Part shown: positions 27,545 to 41,900 of the stretch, one piece after another | Numbering within the stretch: position 1 is the first letter of the stretch | Layout: every line of letters begins with the position of its first letter | NCBI GenBank assembly: GCA_047967505.1 | Contig: CM106538.1 | Origin: Dipteris shenzhenensis | Lineage: Eukaryota | Reading direction: 5' to 3' (one strand) | Length of the DNA stretch: 64,000 nt | Notes under the pieces: generated by a model | What the model was told of the DNA's origin: nothing | The model's input: only the letters and a program-made list of their open reading frames with translations | Databases searched by the model: none | Made by a program: the position numbers and the translations under genes

Positions 27545-30114
27545 AAGCCGAGGGGATGTCACCACAATGTAACTATCCTAAGTCAAAGTACAGTTGACCA
27601 TTTATTTGATCATAATTAAAGAGTTTTATATGTGTTAATTATGGTCAAAGAGTTCTTTTAATGGTCAAAGAATTGACTATGGTCAAAGATACTTGACTCT
27701 GGTCAAGTAAACCTGACTCTGGTCAAGAAGACTTAGTTTATTACCAAGAGGGTTAACTGCGGTTAACCAGAGAACCACAGAGCTGACTACGGTCAGAGAG
27801 TGTTGACTTCGGTCAACGAGACTTGGCATGCGCCAAGAGGGTTAACCACGGTTAACCAAGATGTGCCAACTTCGGTTGGAGAGTTGTGCCAACTTCGGTT
27901 GGAGAGACTTAGCTATAATTAAGGCGCCTCCACCCTTGGTCAAAGCTCCTTAATTATAATCAAGAGTGTTGACTCCGGTCAACCAGAGAATAAATATATA
28001 TTTTTATATTTGTTAGGTGTGCACATGTATTCAGTGGGGACGCCCACCGTGACTAGAATTAGTCCACAGTGTGTTATTTGCATGCAAAGCGCTAACAATT
28101 AATGGGTGCCATGGTGGTGCGCTTTAATTAATTGTTGCAGGTACTAGGAAGAGTTATTTTCCTAAGTGCTACGTGAGCCTAACAAGCATCTAGGAGGCGG
28201 TTCGTGTGACCAAGTGCTTTGAAGACTCCAGAATGACCCTTAGTGGCATGTAATAAGACTTAGTCTAGATTTTAGACAAGTGACATGTTGCCAAAATTTG
28301 AAATGAGCTTGAAGCTCTTGTAAGGATTCACGTTTTGGATTTTATGTATGTGTATCAAACAGCTCTACGCTGAACTCTTGTAACAGATTCTCTTCGAGAA
28401 ATAAAATACCTTCGGGGGGGTCCAGCCCAACATGTTGTCCTAGGCCCTAGTGTCTCTGTTGAGAGAGGGAGAGAGGAAGAGCAAATGAGAGTGTCTCTGC
28501 TGTCTTTTACGAGAGCTAGTATTGCATCGAGTGTTGTCGCAAGGCACGTGTGCTTCTCCTTGTGAGAGAAATTGGAGCACATTCCAAAATCAAGGAAAAG
28601 GGATTTGAGAAGATAGAAGTGACCTTGGAAATGATCAGCAAGGAGAAAGATGATGAGAGGCTGCTTGCTTTGCAAGAGATTACAGAGGGCGAAGAGCCCC
28701 CTCTTGTTACAATAAGGATGGATCTTGCTGCAGCTTCAAGCAGCTCTGGTCTTTTGGAGCCCCATGAGGATGATAGTGGCGAGAATGAGGAAGGAAGAGG
28801 ATGGCACTGATGTTGATGATGAACGAGAGAGTATGAGGATGGGGATGCGGCTTGAGGCTTGAGCCTCATCAGTTGTGATGTATTTTAGCTTTATTTCCCA
28901 GCTGTGGCAGCCTGGCAGCCTTTTCTTATATGATGTTTTGGTGTAGTACCTACTTCCAATTTTCTACCACCTTCTACCTTGATCATGATGTTTTGGTGTA
29001 GTATTGATCTATCACTATGTAGCAGAATCCATATGACTGTGGTCCATGGACTCTTTCATGAATCATGACTTTAAAATTAATACAAGTTTGAAGTTGAAAG
29101 TTGTGTAGCTCTTCACTAGCTCAAGCAGTCCTGCCCAATATCTGACCTGTTCTAGGCCCTATACCAGGCCCAAAAACATCTCCAAACAGGCGTGTGACTG
29201 CTGTTCACCTCGCCTTTGTCTAGGCCTCTTCCAGCCCTTGGATCCTCTGCAAAGAGATCGACTGCTGCTTATGCCCAGACTGTTGCTGATGTCAGCCCAT
29301 GTCATCACATTGTTTCCTACCTGGTTTTCCTGCGCAGATCTGCTTCTCCTTGCCTCTGACAACCTGTAACCTGTTGGCCATTCCGTACCAGATCTGCTCT
29401 CTAGGAGAGCTTCCATTCGCCAGTTACTCCATTCTTTGTGCTGCCCATGTGGCAGTCCCATTCTCTTTCTTGTTTGTATGCTGCCCACATGGCAGCCAAA
29501 GTGCTGCCCATGTCGTAGCCACGTCACTCCTTGGTTCACGCCCCCCATGCTCTCATACGGGGGTTACAGATGGGGAGGTGACTATACATTTTCCAACGCT
29601 GCCATGTTCCAAAACCATGATGTGTGGGATGAAAGCTCAAACCCAAATGGAATCAAGCTTGGCTGAGCCAAAACAGCCAATTGCAAAGCCCCACTCCTCT
29701 CAAGGAGGTAAAGGCTTACGGGTGAAGATGGGAGCCACCAGCTGGACTGCACATTTTAACTTAACATCCACATTCAAGCCATTTCTAATGGAGCATTGCT
29801 AAGCCCATCATGCGCTTTCATCAATACAGTTTCGAGACAGTTACCACAATGCCCATCATGCATGAAATGAATCAGATTTGCATTTCCACACCACAGTGAG
29901 CTAAAGCACATTAATGTTCTGTACAGGCAATTTTTCAACTGAACCAAAATTCATGTGATAATGGTGAAATAATGTCCTATGCTAAGTCTCCGATCCAAAA
30001 GATTCCTTCATCATGACAGCTTAAAATTAGCACCAGACGACAACGTACAGAAGCTTTAAACAATGGGACCTCCTTGACATTAATACAAAGTAAACCAACA
30101 AGCAATAAGCATAC

Positions 30115-30208
30115 CACTATTCTTTTGTCACCCATCAAACCCAGATAATTTGCTGTAGCAAGGTTGATAACCTCCTCTCCATTCAATATAGTTCGAGGAC
30201 CTGCTGCA
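30115..30208 (-). CDS. LCB1: LCB1 exon 3
   Basis: CAG acceptor; (S)AAGPRTILNGEEVINLATANYLGLMGDKRIV; GTATG donor; completes the split Ser codon from exon 2. Confidence 0.95.
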
Positions 30209-30348
30209 CTGCACCACAGAGGACAAGCCTGTTTAACAAAATTGCACATATACAAATATGCATGAATATGAAGCATATACAACATGTACAGAAGCAAAAT
30301 TGCATGGATACATGGGAACTCATAGATAACGTGCATGGGTGCGTGAGA

Positions 30349-30353
<5 letters not shown>

Positions 30354-30383
<30 letters not shown>
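30354..30383. repeat. (GA)n microsatellite
   Basis: Direct reading. Confidence 0.97.
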
Positions 30384-30385
<2 letters not shown>

Positions 30386-33300
30386 CACGTGCAATATGCA
30401 TACACACAGATAGCCATTCACCAATAGAGTTTATAAAGCACAGATCAAAATTGGTGCTTGAAAGTGTAAATCAACAATTTTGTGCAATCTACAGATCCTT
30501 TCCTCAGTAAATGTAGTTAGGCTTGCCCCGATTGGATTCACACAGTCGGCGCTGGATGATACAGCTACACTAACTAAATTGTTGGTTTCGAAGCAACTTA
30601 ACTTGCACCAAAAGATCTTTCCTGCTCAATGAGAATTCCAAACTATGAATACAGACATAACAATACATGTGTGCTCTTACGCACGTGACTCCACTCACAA
30701 AGCTCAAAACCATAAGCTAGGTTGTACATAGACACACTATCAATACCATCCACGGTTATGGATGGGCAGCAGCCTGAACTTGTCAATGAGAATGAGGTGG
30801 TTGTACACATAGCCAACTGAATAATCCAATCACAGGAAATTCCGTCCTGCTATGCAATCACAAAAAAGGCATCCTAGTCCAATGCAACATTCCATGGCAG
30901 CCTTCTTCTGAATCTGACGAGGGTTCTAACCTGGCAACTCTGATACCCACTAGGGGAGTCCTGGCTAGAGAGAAATCGGCCCAATCTGTCTTGGTAGCTC
31001 TGAATACCCATCAAGGGAGTCCTAGCAAGACAGAAGCCATCAAAACAACCACACCTGGCTGTTCCTAGCAAACAAAAAGGCCACTGCACAAAACGAAACG
31101 ATCTGAAGATTCTGAGGCAGTAAGAAAGCTCCCAGAAAGCAACCAATCGGAAAGCTCGGGAAACCTTGGGAAAAACAGCGAGCATGGAAAACGAAATTCC
31201 CTGGCAAGATCTCTGGCACCCTGGCAGGTGGGAATCAGCAAACTTGCTGGAAGAGAATCGCCAAGTCTAGAAGCATCTTGGAAAAACTTGCCAACCTTGG
31301 AAGCACCTAGATGGCCTCGCAAATGAGGAAACCTGAAAGCGGAGAGCTGGAGATATAGGAGCAGCCCAGAGCAGTGCAAATTGAAACCGATTGGCCAGAA
31401 GGGCCCCTGGTACATTGTGAATTTCCAGAACAGCCTGGCAGGCTCCTAGAGATTGCGAACTTGGCCCCTGATGAATTGTGATTTCCTGTAGCAGCCTCTG
31501 GGAAGTGTGATTTTGCTGTCTTGGACCTGGCAGGGCTCCTACGTAATGGCAGATCTGACCAACTGGCTCTCGGAAGGTGTGTGTAGCTGGGAAGCAAGAA
31601 AAACGACATTCTGATCTAAGAGAAAGCTGAACCAGCTGTGGCTTAGGCCCCAATCCACTTGAGCAAAGAATAGCTGCCCTAGCTCCCCGTTAAAGGCTGG
31701 CAGAGAAGCCGTGTTGAGGTTACCCCTCTAACTCTCAGCTCCTTTGCCTTGGCCCATGGAATTAATTGAACTGAAGTGTCCTTTACAGATTTAATCAGTT
31801 TGAGGCCAAGTCAATCACCGTAAATTATGTCCCTGTGACAGACCCCCCTCGTAAAACATGGCAAATGTCCTCATTTGCTGGTTCAAAACAGCAAGCATAA
31901 AAAATCAGAAAACTGAAAATACTGAGTGGTAGACTCTGCCAATATTACAAGTACATGTTCAAATACGTGCTTGAATGCGTAAACAGCATAGAAAAATCAG
32001 AAAATATATACAAGGGATGGCTCGGTAGAGCTCGAGATAACCAGCCATTCCAAATATACAATCAGAAACTGACAGTGACTAGTACACTGATCCAGAAATC
32101 TCGCGGCAGATATATCGTCAGCAAGCGGTACCTCGGGTGAGACCGACAGTATCACCAAGTGACCTCTAGATATCTGGAGCAATCTAGAGTGGAGGTGCTA
32201 CCCCCCTCTTGAGCATCACACAATGCTCCATACACACGCTCTGCTGAGCCTGAATGAGCCCCAAACGAAGTAAGCTCAAGCTGAAATGCCTCTAGGTAGA
32301 GCTGCAACAACTACCAATTCAACCCTCCTCCATCCAATTCACATCAATAGCTGGAAAATTTCTGAATTTAACCAGACAGCGACGGATAACTCTACCTTTT
32401 ACCTTGCGTTCCTTGTGTGCCAAAATCTGTTTCGGAACCAAGATCTCATCCAATTCTTCAACTTCAGGCTGATCCTCAGGAGGCATATCCTCTGGCAAAT
32501 CTACCTGAAACGGTTTCAAAAGATTCACATGGAATGCATTGTGAATCTTCCAATGATCCGGTAGCTTCAGCCTATAAGCTACGTCATTGATCTTTTGCAA
32601 AATCTGAAAGGGACCGTAATACCGCATACCAAGCTTAACATACAACCTGTCTTTCCCCTTTTTCATTTTCAGCCGTGCTTTCTAAAAGTGTAAGAGAACC
32701 CAATCGTCTTCTTTGAATTGCAGCTCACGACAATGACGGTCAACGGCTCTCTTTTGTTCTAAGATCTCTGGAGAACGATCTTGATTTTCCTGTAAGCCAC
32801 ATCCAAGTTTTCCACGAACTTATCAGCTTCAGAGATTTTATCTTTGGTGTGCAGAAAAGGAGCCTTTCCTGTAAAAGTATGAACCGTGTTATTATAGGCA
32901 AACTCAATGAGTGGCAAGTATTGCTCCCGTCTTGCCTTGTGCTCTGAAACATAGCACTTCAAGAGATCAAGGCAGTGCCATTGGCCTCTTCAGGTTTGCC
33001 CATCAGGCTGTGGATGAAATGAGGATGAGAAATTCAGCATGGTCTCCATATTTCAAACAATCTTCTCCAAAATAAGCTTGTCATCTGCGGGTCCCTATCA
33101 CTGATGATAGACTGTGGCATTCCGTGGTATTTAAAAACATGAGACATGAAGAGATTTGCCGCAGATCCTTGTCACTAATGATAGACTGTGGCATTCTGTG
33201 TGTTTAAAAACATGAGACTTGAAAAGCTTTGCCATCTGGTCTGCTGAAATTTTTTTCCTCGCCTAAATAAAATGAGCATGTTTACTGAACCTACAAATAA

Positions 33301-34453
33301 TGGCCCAAATACAATCATGACCTGACGGTGTACGAGGAAGATCAAAGATGAAGTCCATAGCAATGCTTTGCCACGGTCTATCCAAAATGGGAAGTGGCTG
33401 TAACGGTCCAAGGGTTTTCTGCCTGTCATACTTCACTTTCTAGTAGGTGAACATACACCTCAACATCATGTCGCAAAGCTGGCCAATAAAAGAAGTGCTC
33501 AACAGCCTTCACAGTTGCGTCAATTCCTCTGCATCCTCCATAAGGCGGAATATGACTTTCAGTCATTATATGCTTTGTGACACAAACGGCTATGCATCAA
33601 CACAAAACCATCGCGAAGAGCATAATGATCATTCCTCTATATCTCGAACAACTGATCATATACCCGTGCAAAGTCATTATCTAAAGCATATTGCTCTTTC
33701 ATGGCATCCAATTCATCATGATAGGCAATAGAAACAGCAGAAACAAGTGGTTTCTTCAATACGGCATCCGGCACTGGCCTTCTAGAAAGTGCATCTTCAA
33801 CCAACTTTCTTGTTTCCAAGAACATGCACAATCTGAAAATGAAACATAGACATAAAATTGGCCCAACGCATGTGCTTCTCTGATAGTTTCCTCTGTGTGA
33901 GAAAATACCTTAGAGAAGAATCATCTGTCTCAACATAAAAATCAGCACCCAACAAGTAGTGCTTCCACTGTTTGAAGCATAGTTTTTTCCATACGTTACC
34001 ATACGCATACGTCATACGAATACAGAAGTATGATTGGAGTATGGTTCAGCCCCTGGGGCTGAGTGCAAAAATTTTCAGAAAATATAGATTGATCATTGAT
34101 CATTGTACACATTAAATTGACATAGAGATACTAAACTGAAACTTGAAACTTGTATTAATTTTAAAGTCATCACTCATGAGTCGTGAATCGTGATTCATCA
34201 TTCATGAAAGACTCCAGCCTCCAGAGACCATAGTCATCTAGATTCTAGATTTTGATACATCATACATAGTGTCCATTGTCAAATGATGGAATCATAGATC
34301 ATAGATCAATAATCAATACTACACCAAAACATCATGATCAAAGGAAGTACACCAAAACATGAAAGGTAAAACATCATAAAGAAAAGACTGCCAGTGTGCC
34401 ACAGCCCGGAAATAAAGCATGCATGACAATTCACAACCAATGAGGCTCAAGCC

Positions 34454-36622
34454 TCACGCTGCATCTTCATCATCATCCTCTTGCTCATCCTCATCCTCAT
34501 CATCATCTGCATCAATGCCCGCACCCTCCTCCTCCTCCTCCTCCTCCTCCTCCTCCTCCTCCTCATCACTATCATCCTCATCTGCCTCGCCATGGAACTC
34601 CAAAAGACTAGAGCTGCTTGAAGCTGCAGCAACATCCATCGTTCCTGTAAGTGTAACAATAGGGGCTGCAATGTCTTCTCCCTCTGTATCTGCTTGCCTC
34701 ACTAGCAGCCTATCATCATCCTTCTCCTTGTTGATCATTTCTAGGGTCACTTCTATCTTCTCAAATCCGCTTTCCTTGATTTTGAAAATGAGACACAAAT
34801 TAGTATGGATGTATACTAATTTCTCGGTATTCTTTGGAAGCAGCCTATTCCTTCTTTTAGTATGGATAAGAGAGAATGTGCTCCAATTCCTCTCATAAGG
34901 AGAAGCACATGTGCCTTGCGAGAGCACTCGAAGAGCTAACCACTGCAAATTTGGTGTGTGAGCCCCAAATGTCTCCCACCATTTCACCCCTTGGTGCATT
35001 CTCTTTTCATCCTTTGCAATCGCACGAGCAAATGTGCCTGACATGGATTTGTAAATATCCAACTCATCACATAAGGTGCCTTGGCTGTCAACATCATACT
35101 TGGTGTACCGCTCTATGGCATCCATCCACCCATCGTACACCTCCTTGTCACTATCTGGATTTTTCTCTCTCCAAATAGGATGGAGAACAAAAGCTGCCGC
35201 ATGCAATGGAGAATGCATCATATCCCACTAGTCAACACACAAGGCTCTAACATCAGCCAGCTTTGAGCATTCAATCCCATCAATAATTGCCATCTTCTCG
35301 ACCATCCGATCAGTGAGTTCATATACAAGTCCCATGGTAGCCCCTTCCCTATCAACTAGGTGAAGGATCTTCAAAATAGGTGCACAAAGCTTCACAATGA
35401 GTCTTGCATCTTGCCAAAATGAAGCACCCAATATAATAGAAGACACTTGTTGTGCTTTCACAGTGCATGACACCTTCTTCTTGCAATACTCATCACTGAC
35501 AACCATGCGGCGCAATCCATTGTATACCCTCTCATCCAACAAGTTTGCTAACATGATAAACATGTAAGCAAAGCGTGTTTGTGCTGGCTTCACCAATTCC
35601 TTCTTGCTGAATTTTCTATACATTGCTAACACGGTGTGTTCCCGGGTAATAAATGTCACAATCATGTTAGCATGTACCAACACTGGCTTCACCCATGCAA
35701 GCTTTCCAATATCCTCAAACAAGAGGTCAAGGCAATGGCATGTGCATCTAGTATAGAAAATGTGAGGCCACTCTTCCTCCATCAATTCTCCTGCCCGCAC
35801 ACAGTTAGATGCATTGTCCATACACACCTGCACCACATTTTCAGCCCCAACATCAAGAATGGCATCTTTCAATATCCCAAAGATGTACTCCCCTTACTTA
35901 TACTACCCACTTGTGTCCACGGACTTCAAGAAGGCTGAACCAAATATGCATGAGACCATAATATTGATTATAGGCCGGTGCCGAGTGTCAGACCAGCCAT
36001 CACAAGTTATGGTGCAGCCATATTTTTTCCACTTATCCCGAAACTGTAGCATCTCTTGATCTATGCACACTGCTTCATTAGTTAGCTCCGTTGTGTGCAA
36101 AACATTGTGGGATGCAGGCTTGAAGGTAGGCCCAACTTGGCCAATGGCACGAACCATCTCCAAAAAATAAGGGCTCCTCACCTTCCAATAAGGAATATCC
36201 TCTGCAAAGAAAAAACGACGAAGGGCAATGTATACATCCTTCCGTGCCTGTGACTCCCATGCCTTGGCCAAGGTTCCCTTTGACATCTTCAACTTCTTTT
36301 GCTTTGGCTCATATGCACTGCCAGATGCATTTCTACTCATTGAGGCATCTCCCAAATCAGCCACATCTTCAACAAGCTGTTTTGTAGTAGTTTTCAAGGC
36401 CGCCTTCGCCTGCAATCTTCGACAAGTATCTTTCACATTTTCGGGAGGAGCGGTACACTTGTCAACCCCCAAGCCTGTGAGCCCAAGAGAATGTGCCCTT
36501 ATACGGGTCAGTCCTCCATCCCATGAATGAGGGCAATATTTACATTTACAAGTGTATTGGCCCTTCCCCAAAGGCTTTAAGGCCTCTACAAATTCCCATT
36601 TTGGTTCTTTTTGTCTTCCCAT
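34454..36622 (-). pseudogene. hAT transposase, 723 codons in one frame with two internal TAG stops
   Basis: BED finger CKYC...H...C, CDGWSD, CTCHCLDL, TRF, ERNWS dimerisation motif, acidic tail; stops at 35903-35905 and 35228-35230, no frameshift. Confidence 0.93.
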
Positions 36623-38259
36623 TTGCAGATCTGCAAGCTGCAAATTTGCAAAGGAGGGCAAATAAGGCATTGGGCAAAGGAACAATTTCCAAAGAGGGCT
36701 TGAAAGTTGAAGCCCTTGCAGGCTACCCTGTTAGATGGCATCAACTAAAGAGAGAGCACTTGCTGCAAAATGGGAAAAAAGAGCAGCCATTGCAATTACC
36801 TTGACGCTTGGAGCAGGTAGAGCGTAGAGGCAAGCTGCGGGCTGCAACTGTACGGTGACCACTCACCTCCAAAGCAAGTAGAAGTGTCACGATCTGTGAC
36901 GTATTCCTTTCTCTTTCTAGACTTATGGATGGTTTAATGAATGGACACTTGTGGAAGGGTATGACCTTTCGACGGGACACTTCCTAATGAGGCATAACCC
37001 TTCACAAGAGACATTCTAATGAAGAGACATTCCTATTGTAATGTACCCTCTCATCAAGGGTCACACCCTTCACAAGGGGTACACACCTCTTCATGCACAT
37101 ACCCTTTGGAGTTCACACCTTTTCATGTGTGACTCTTCACTCTCTATATAAGAGAGGCCAAATTGTATGGATGACAATCACATCCACCCTACAAACATTC
37201 AAGCAATACAGTTATTCCTTGTTCTCTGCTATCTCAGTCTCTTTTCTGTTCCTTAGCACAGTTCTAAATATAGTAAATCTAGGATTTCTTACAGTGGTAT
37301 CAGAGCAAAATTCGCTCCTGCCTGTAGGAAATGCCCCCCACCTTCTAGCGCTGATCTGATACATTTTTGCCGCTAGAAGGACATCCGTGCACATTGTGCA
37401 TGGAAGAGATGGAGAGGATGAGCGTAACATTTTTAAACGCCTAAAGTCATCCTGGCCTCTCCATCTCCCTCACATCACAAGTTGATGTGAATGGACACGA
37501 CCAAAATCGTGTCCTTTAAGGTGCTTGGGCTGTCCCAAAACCAAGGGACGCGCCTTTTCCACCATGGGACACACCTTTTGGTAACGAGTCTCGACTCCTC
37601 ACCTGGACAGCCAGCCTGCGCAATAGCCTACGTCAGCCGTACGGACGTCCGTACCTACGCCATCACGACCAAAAACTGCGTCATCACGGCCGTACTCTCT
37701 TCGCAGCCAGCCGTACGCTGCGCAATCAGCCGTACTTACCTGCCGTACATTTCGCGCAGGAAGTCCGTACGATTTTGGTGCTGACTGCCGTACAGGCCGT
37801 ACAGGCCGTACAGCCTGTCCCGTACACGCTGTACGGACAGCACATATCCTCCAGTCTGCGCTGCCAGGCCCTGCTTCGACATTTGCACTGCCAGTCCCTG
37901 TTTCCTGCCAGCCCTTGCCTCGCCATTTTCGCTGACAGACCACTCCTTATTTGCAGTCCTGCATACCAGCTTTCCTGACAGTCTGCTGCCCTCTCCTTGT
38001 TTCGCCATTTACACCCTGCCAATTCAGCACCAGTTGCCACATTTCTTGCAATGAAGACAGCCCGTTGACAGCCCGGACCAGACCAGCCTCGAGCACTCCT
38101 CGCAAAACACTGCAACATGGACCTCCGGACAACGATTTGCAGCCTTCTTCTACACAATCACTTGGCAGATTAAAGTATTGCCATGTGGAGTCTTTCCAAT
38201 CTGCTTTTTCAGGATTCTTTTTAACAAATTACAGCAAATGAAAGAATCCACATTAAAGC

Positions 38260-38904
38260 ATGGAAACCCCTGGTAATTCACCCAGCCATTCAAGGACACC
38301 TCAGGCACCTGCTACTACACAATATCGTGTTCAAATTGCACAGCCAGCCCATTTTGGAGCCTTTGCATCTTGGGTCTTCTGTGTCACGTGCCCTCCGAGT
38401 GACTTGGATCACATCCTCTACCTTCTGCGTGAGGCACCTCAGTTACATTATTTCCTCAGCACAGTACAGGTTGTGTTCCACGAGACACGAAGATATCCGG
38501 AACACGATATTCCTCAGGAGTTTGCTGTTCATTTTTGGAGAGAGTTTTACCCTTCACCTTCGGCATCCCCAGGGTACTCTCCACCTCCTTCAGCTCCCCG
38601 ATATCCTCCTCTACAGGGTGTACCTTCTCCAAGTCAGTATTTACATCCTGAAGGCACTCCCTCCCCTGGATATCCTCCTCTTCCGACAGCAGCTCCTTAC
38701 CCTTTTTCAGATCCGTGGACTCTGCTACCTACCCCTGTCTTATCACGAGCAGTAACACCTTTTTCAGAATCTACAGTGTTACCTCCGACAGGACCTCCCT
38801 TACCAGATTTCCACGGGTGGTTCCATCCTGCCTCGCCTGCCCTCTCCAATATGAGCAACCTCAGGGAGCAGCCCGAATCCTCTTTCAGGGATGGTACAAA
38901 CTAG
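38260..38904 (+). CDS. Extra ORF upstream of gag, 214 aa, unknown function, Pro-rich C-half
   Basis: ATG in AGCATGG context; uninterrupted; overlaps the gag start by 14 nt; no recognisable domain. Confidence 0.5.
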   Translation: METPGNSPSHSRTPQAPATTQYRVQIAQPAHFGAFASWVFCVTCPPSDLDHILYLLREAPQLHYFLSTVQVVFHETRRYPEHDIPQEFAVHFWREFYPSPSASPGYSPPPSAPRYPPLQGVPSPSQYLHPEGTPSPGYPPLPTAAPYPFSDPWTLLPTPVLSRAVTPFSESTVLPPTGPPLPDFHGWFHPASPALSNMSNLREQPESSFRDGTN

Positions 38905-41900
38905 AGCGCAAGTTCGCGCTTTTCTCACAAGGATTTCCGACATGTCGCACCGCTCGCGTGAAGCCTCTCCCGAGATTAAAGAATCAAGTCCCAAAAAGAC
39001 CCCTGAAGGCAACGTCCAAAGTGAATCTCTATTGCAACTTCAAATATCTCAGCTTCAAGACAGCATCTCCGACCTGGTTCAAAAAGTTCAACAACTCCAA
39101 GATTCTCGAAGTCCAGCACATACAGAGGACGACGTGACGCAACCCGACGACGATGCGGACTCTTTCCCACCAGAGGTAGAAAACACTGAACTGCGTGCTC
39201 TCTACCGATTACTTCAAGCTTCCAAAACAAAGCGACTTGACGTCAAACTTCCGGAAGCCTACACTGGTCAACGTAATCGCCGAACAGTTGACCAATGGCT
39301 CGCTAAAATGCGCATGTATTTTGACACTGTTGACCTCACGGAAGGCAAAAAGATCGCCTTGGCAGCCTCCCTCCTGAAGGATACAGCATTTCTATGGTGG
39401 CAAAGACGCTTAAAGGACGGAAAAAGTGTGTTAACTTGGGAACGTTTTGAACACCTGCTCCGTAAGCAGTTTGTACCTGCCAATGCGGACTTCCAAGCAC
39501 GATCAAAACTTCGACAGTTGGAGCAAACGGGTTCCCTGTCTTCTTATATCTCTCAGTTCACCACATTGGTGCTAGAGATTGATGGTTTAACTGAGGATGA
39601 TCGCCTTCATGCTTTCATCTCAGGCCTACAACCCTCGTTACGCATTGATGTTCTTAAAGCCAATATCACCACCACAGATGGCGCTATTGCTTACGCAGAG
39701 CGCATTACAGATTTCCTCAACACAGGGAAGCAGAGTGCTAATCACACACAGAACTCTCCTATGGCCAAAGGTGCTCGCCCTCAAGATAACACCAGGTTTC
39801 GCAAAAACTTCGGTAATCAAGGTCAGCGACAGTCTCAAGATCCCCAGAAGCCTCAGAAATCATTTGTTGGATTCCAACAGAAGCACTCCCCCAAGGATCG
39901 TGTTTCTTCTTCTTCACAAAGTCATTACCGACATCCCCAACAAAAAGGTGCGGCCACTGACAAGAAGAACAACTCCAGCACAAAAGGACTTTGTACCATC
40001 TGTACAGGCGACCATAGATGGTTCGATTGTCCCAAGCGACCAAAGCAAAATTCCAATATGGAACCTAGCACTTCCCCAAAAGAAGATGCTACCTCAGCAC
40101 AAGACAAGAAAGGCAAAGCTGTTCGAATGGCGAATACCATCCACCTGAGCCTTGCCAGCAACCCCGAACCTTCCCTGGCCACTCAAGTACTTTGTGTTCA
40201 AGGATCGATTCGTGGAACAACGGTCACCATCCTCATCGACAGTGGCTGTTCTCATAATTTCCTAGCCAGTTCTGTGGTCGATAAACTTCAGTTGACCACT
40301 AGTCCTAGCCTCATGGACTATCAGATTGAACTCGCAAATGGAACTACTTTCTTGTGCAACACCAGGATCAAAAACTTGTCTTTTCGCATCCAACATTATA
40401 CGGACAAGTTGAACTTCGACATTATGCCTCTTTCTCGGTACGATGTCATACTTGGACAACAATGGCTCTACGACTATGATCCATCAATCAGTTTTCGCAG
40501 CCATACTATCCAGTTTGTCCACCAGGGAAAACTTATTGAGCTAACTGGTTCTAGGGACTCTCCTTCAACCCCAGTTGCCTCTGCCCTACAAGTAAAGAAG
40601 TGGGTTCGTAAACGCCAAGCAAAGACTTCACTTCTGTTGGTTACGGCAGTCGAGGAGACACCAACAAAGGATCCTCCTGAATACCTCAACCAACCTTTTT
40701 TCCAGCCTTACCTGGATATTTTTCCACAGGAATTGCCAAAGCAGTTACCACCTCGACGACCAGTGCATCACCCAATCGAACTTATTCCCGGCAGTAATCC
40801 ACCGTCAAAGCCTCCTTATCGGGTTTCTTACACTCAAAATGAAGAAATCCAAAGACAGGTCACCGAACTACTCGACAAAGGTCACATTCGGCCCAGTCGC
40901 AGCCCTTTCGGATCTCCTGTACTACTTGTGGAAAAAAAGAACAAGTCTATGCGCCTCTGCATCGACTACCGAGCCCTCAACAAGCTCACTATCAAAAACA
41001 AGTATCCATTGCCTCGCATTGATGACCTCTTCGATCAACTTCTACATGCAACACAATTCTCCAAGATTGATCTTCGTTCAGGTTATCATCAAATACGCAT
41101 ACGAGAAGGCGATGAGTACAAGACAGCTTTTCGAACAAAGTATGGACACTATGAATGTTTGGTCATGCCTTTTGGGTTAAACAATGCCCCGGCCACATTC
41201 ATGACATTAATGAACGACATCTTCAGGCCTTTCCTCGATAAGTTCGTCATCGTTTACCTCGATGACATCCTCGTTTTCAGCAGATCCCTACATGAGCACA
41301 AACAACATCTTCACCAAGTTTTTGAAGTTCTCCGTGCAAATTCTCTCTACATCAACATTGAGAAGAGTGAGTTCTTCAAGACCCAACTTGAATATTTGGG
41401 ACATGTTATTTCAGCTCAAGGTATCTCTGTGAATCCCAAGAAGGTCGAGGTAATCCGAAACTGACCTACTCCAAAGAATGTTCATGATATCCGCTCTTTT
41501 CTCGGATTGGCAAACTTTTACCATACAAAGGTCTATCAGTTTTCCGAAATCGCAGCTCCTATGTCCGAATTATTGAAAAGCACAGCAATTTTTCAGTGGC
41601 TTCCCGAAACAGAGTATAGTTTCCAACAACTCAAGCAAGCACTCACTACCACACCAGTTATGGCTATTGCTGACCCAAATCTTCCATTTGAGGTCATGAC
41701 CGACGCTTCCGACATCGCTACAGGAGCAGTCTTGATGCAAGAAGGCAGAGTTATTGCTTTTGACAGCCATAAACATTCTGATATCCAAACCCGATATCCG
41801 GTCTATGATAAGGAGTTTCTTGCTGTTGTACATGCTTATCGCTCTTGGAAACATTATCTCATGGGTGCCGACTCTGTGGTCAAGACAGACCATCACTCTT

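Larger units (their letters stand above)
21270..28526 (+). mobile_element. Ty3/Gypsy chromovirus A with two LTRs, lacking protease and N-terminal RT
   Basis: 5' LTR about 21377-22312 with its first 14 nt inverted at 21270-21283; PBS TGGTATCAGAGCC 22314-22326; PPT before 27557; 3' LTR 27557-28526; TSD TCGAG; about 27 LTR substitutions counted by eye. Confidence 0.95.
19742..29103 (+). mobile_element. Degenerate hAT DNA transposon (BED finger, DUF659-type transposase), TIRs lost, split by a Gypsy
   Basis: Transposase remnants 19831-21370 and 28527-28860, clearly homologous to the hAT at 33978-44464; many frameshifts and deletions. Confidence 0.88.

Noticed and set aside
41462-41464. Programmed readthrough of TGA in gag-pol
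   Set aside because: It falls at a conserved Trp (WPTP) within RT, not at the gag/pol boundary, so TGG>TGA mutation is simpler.
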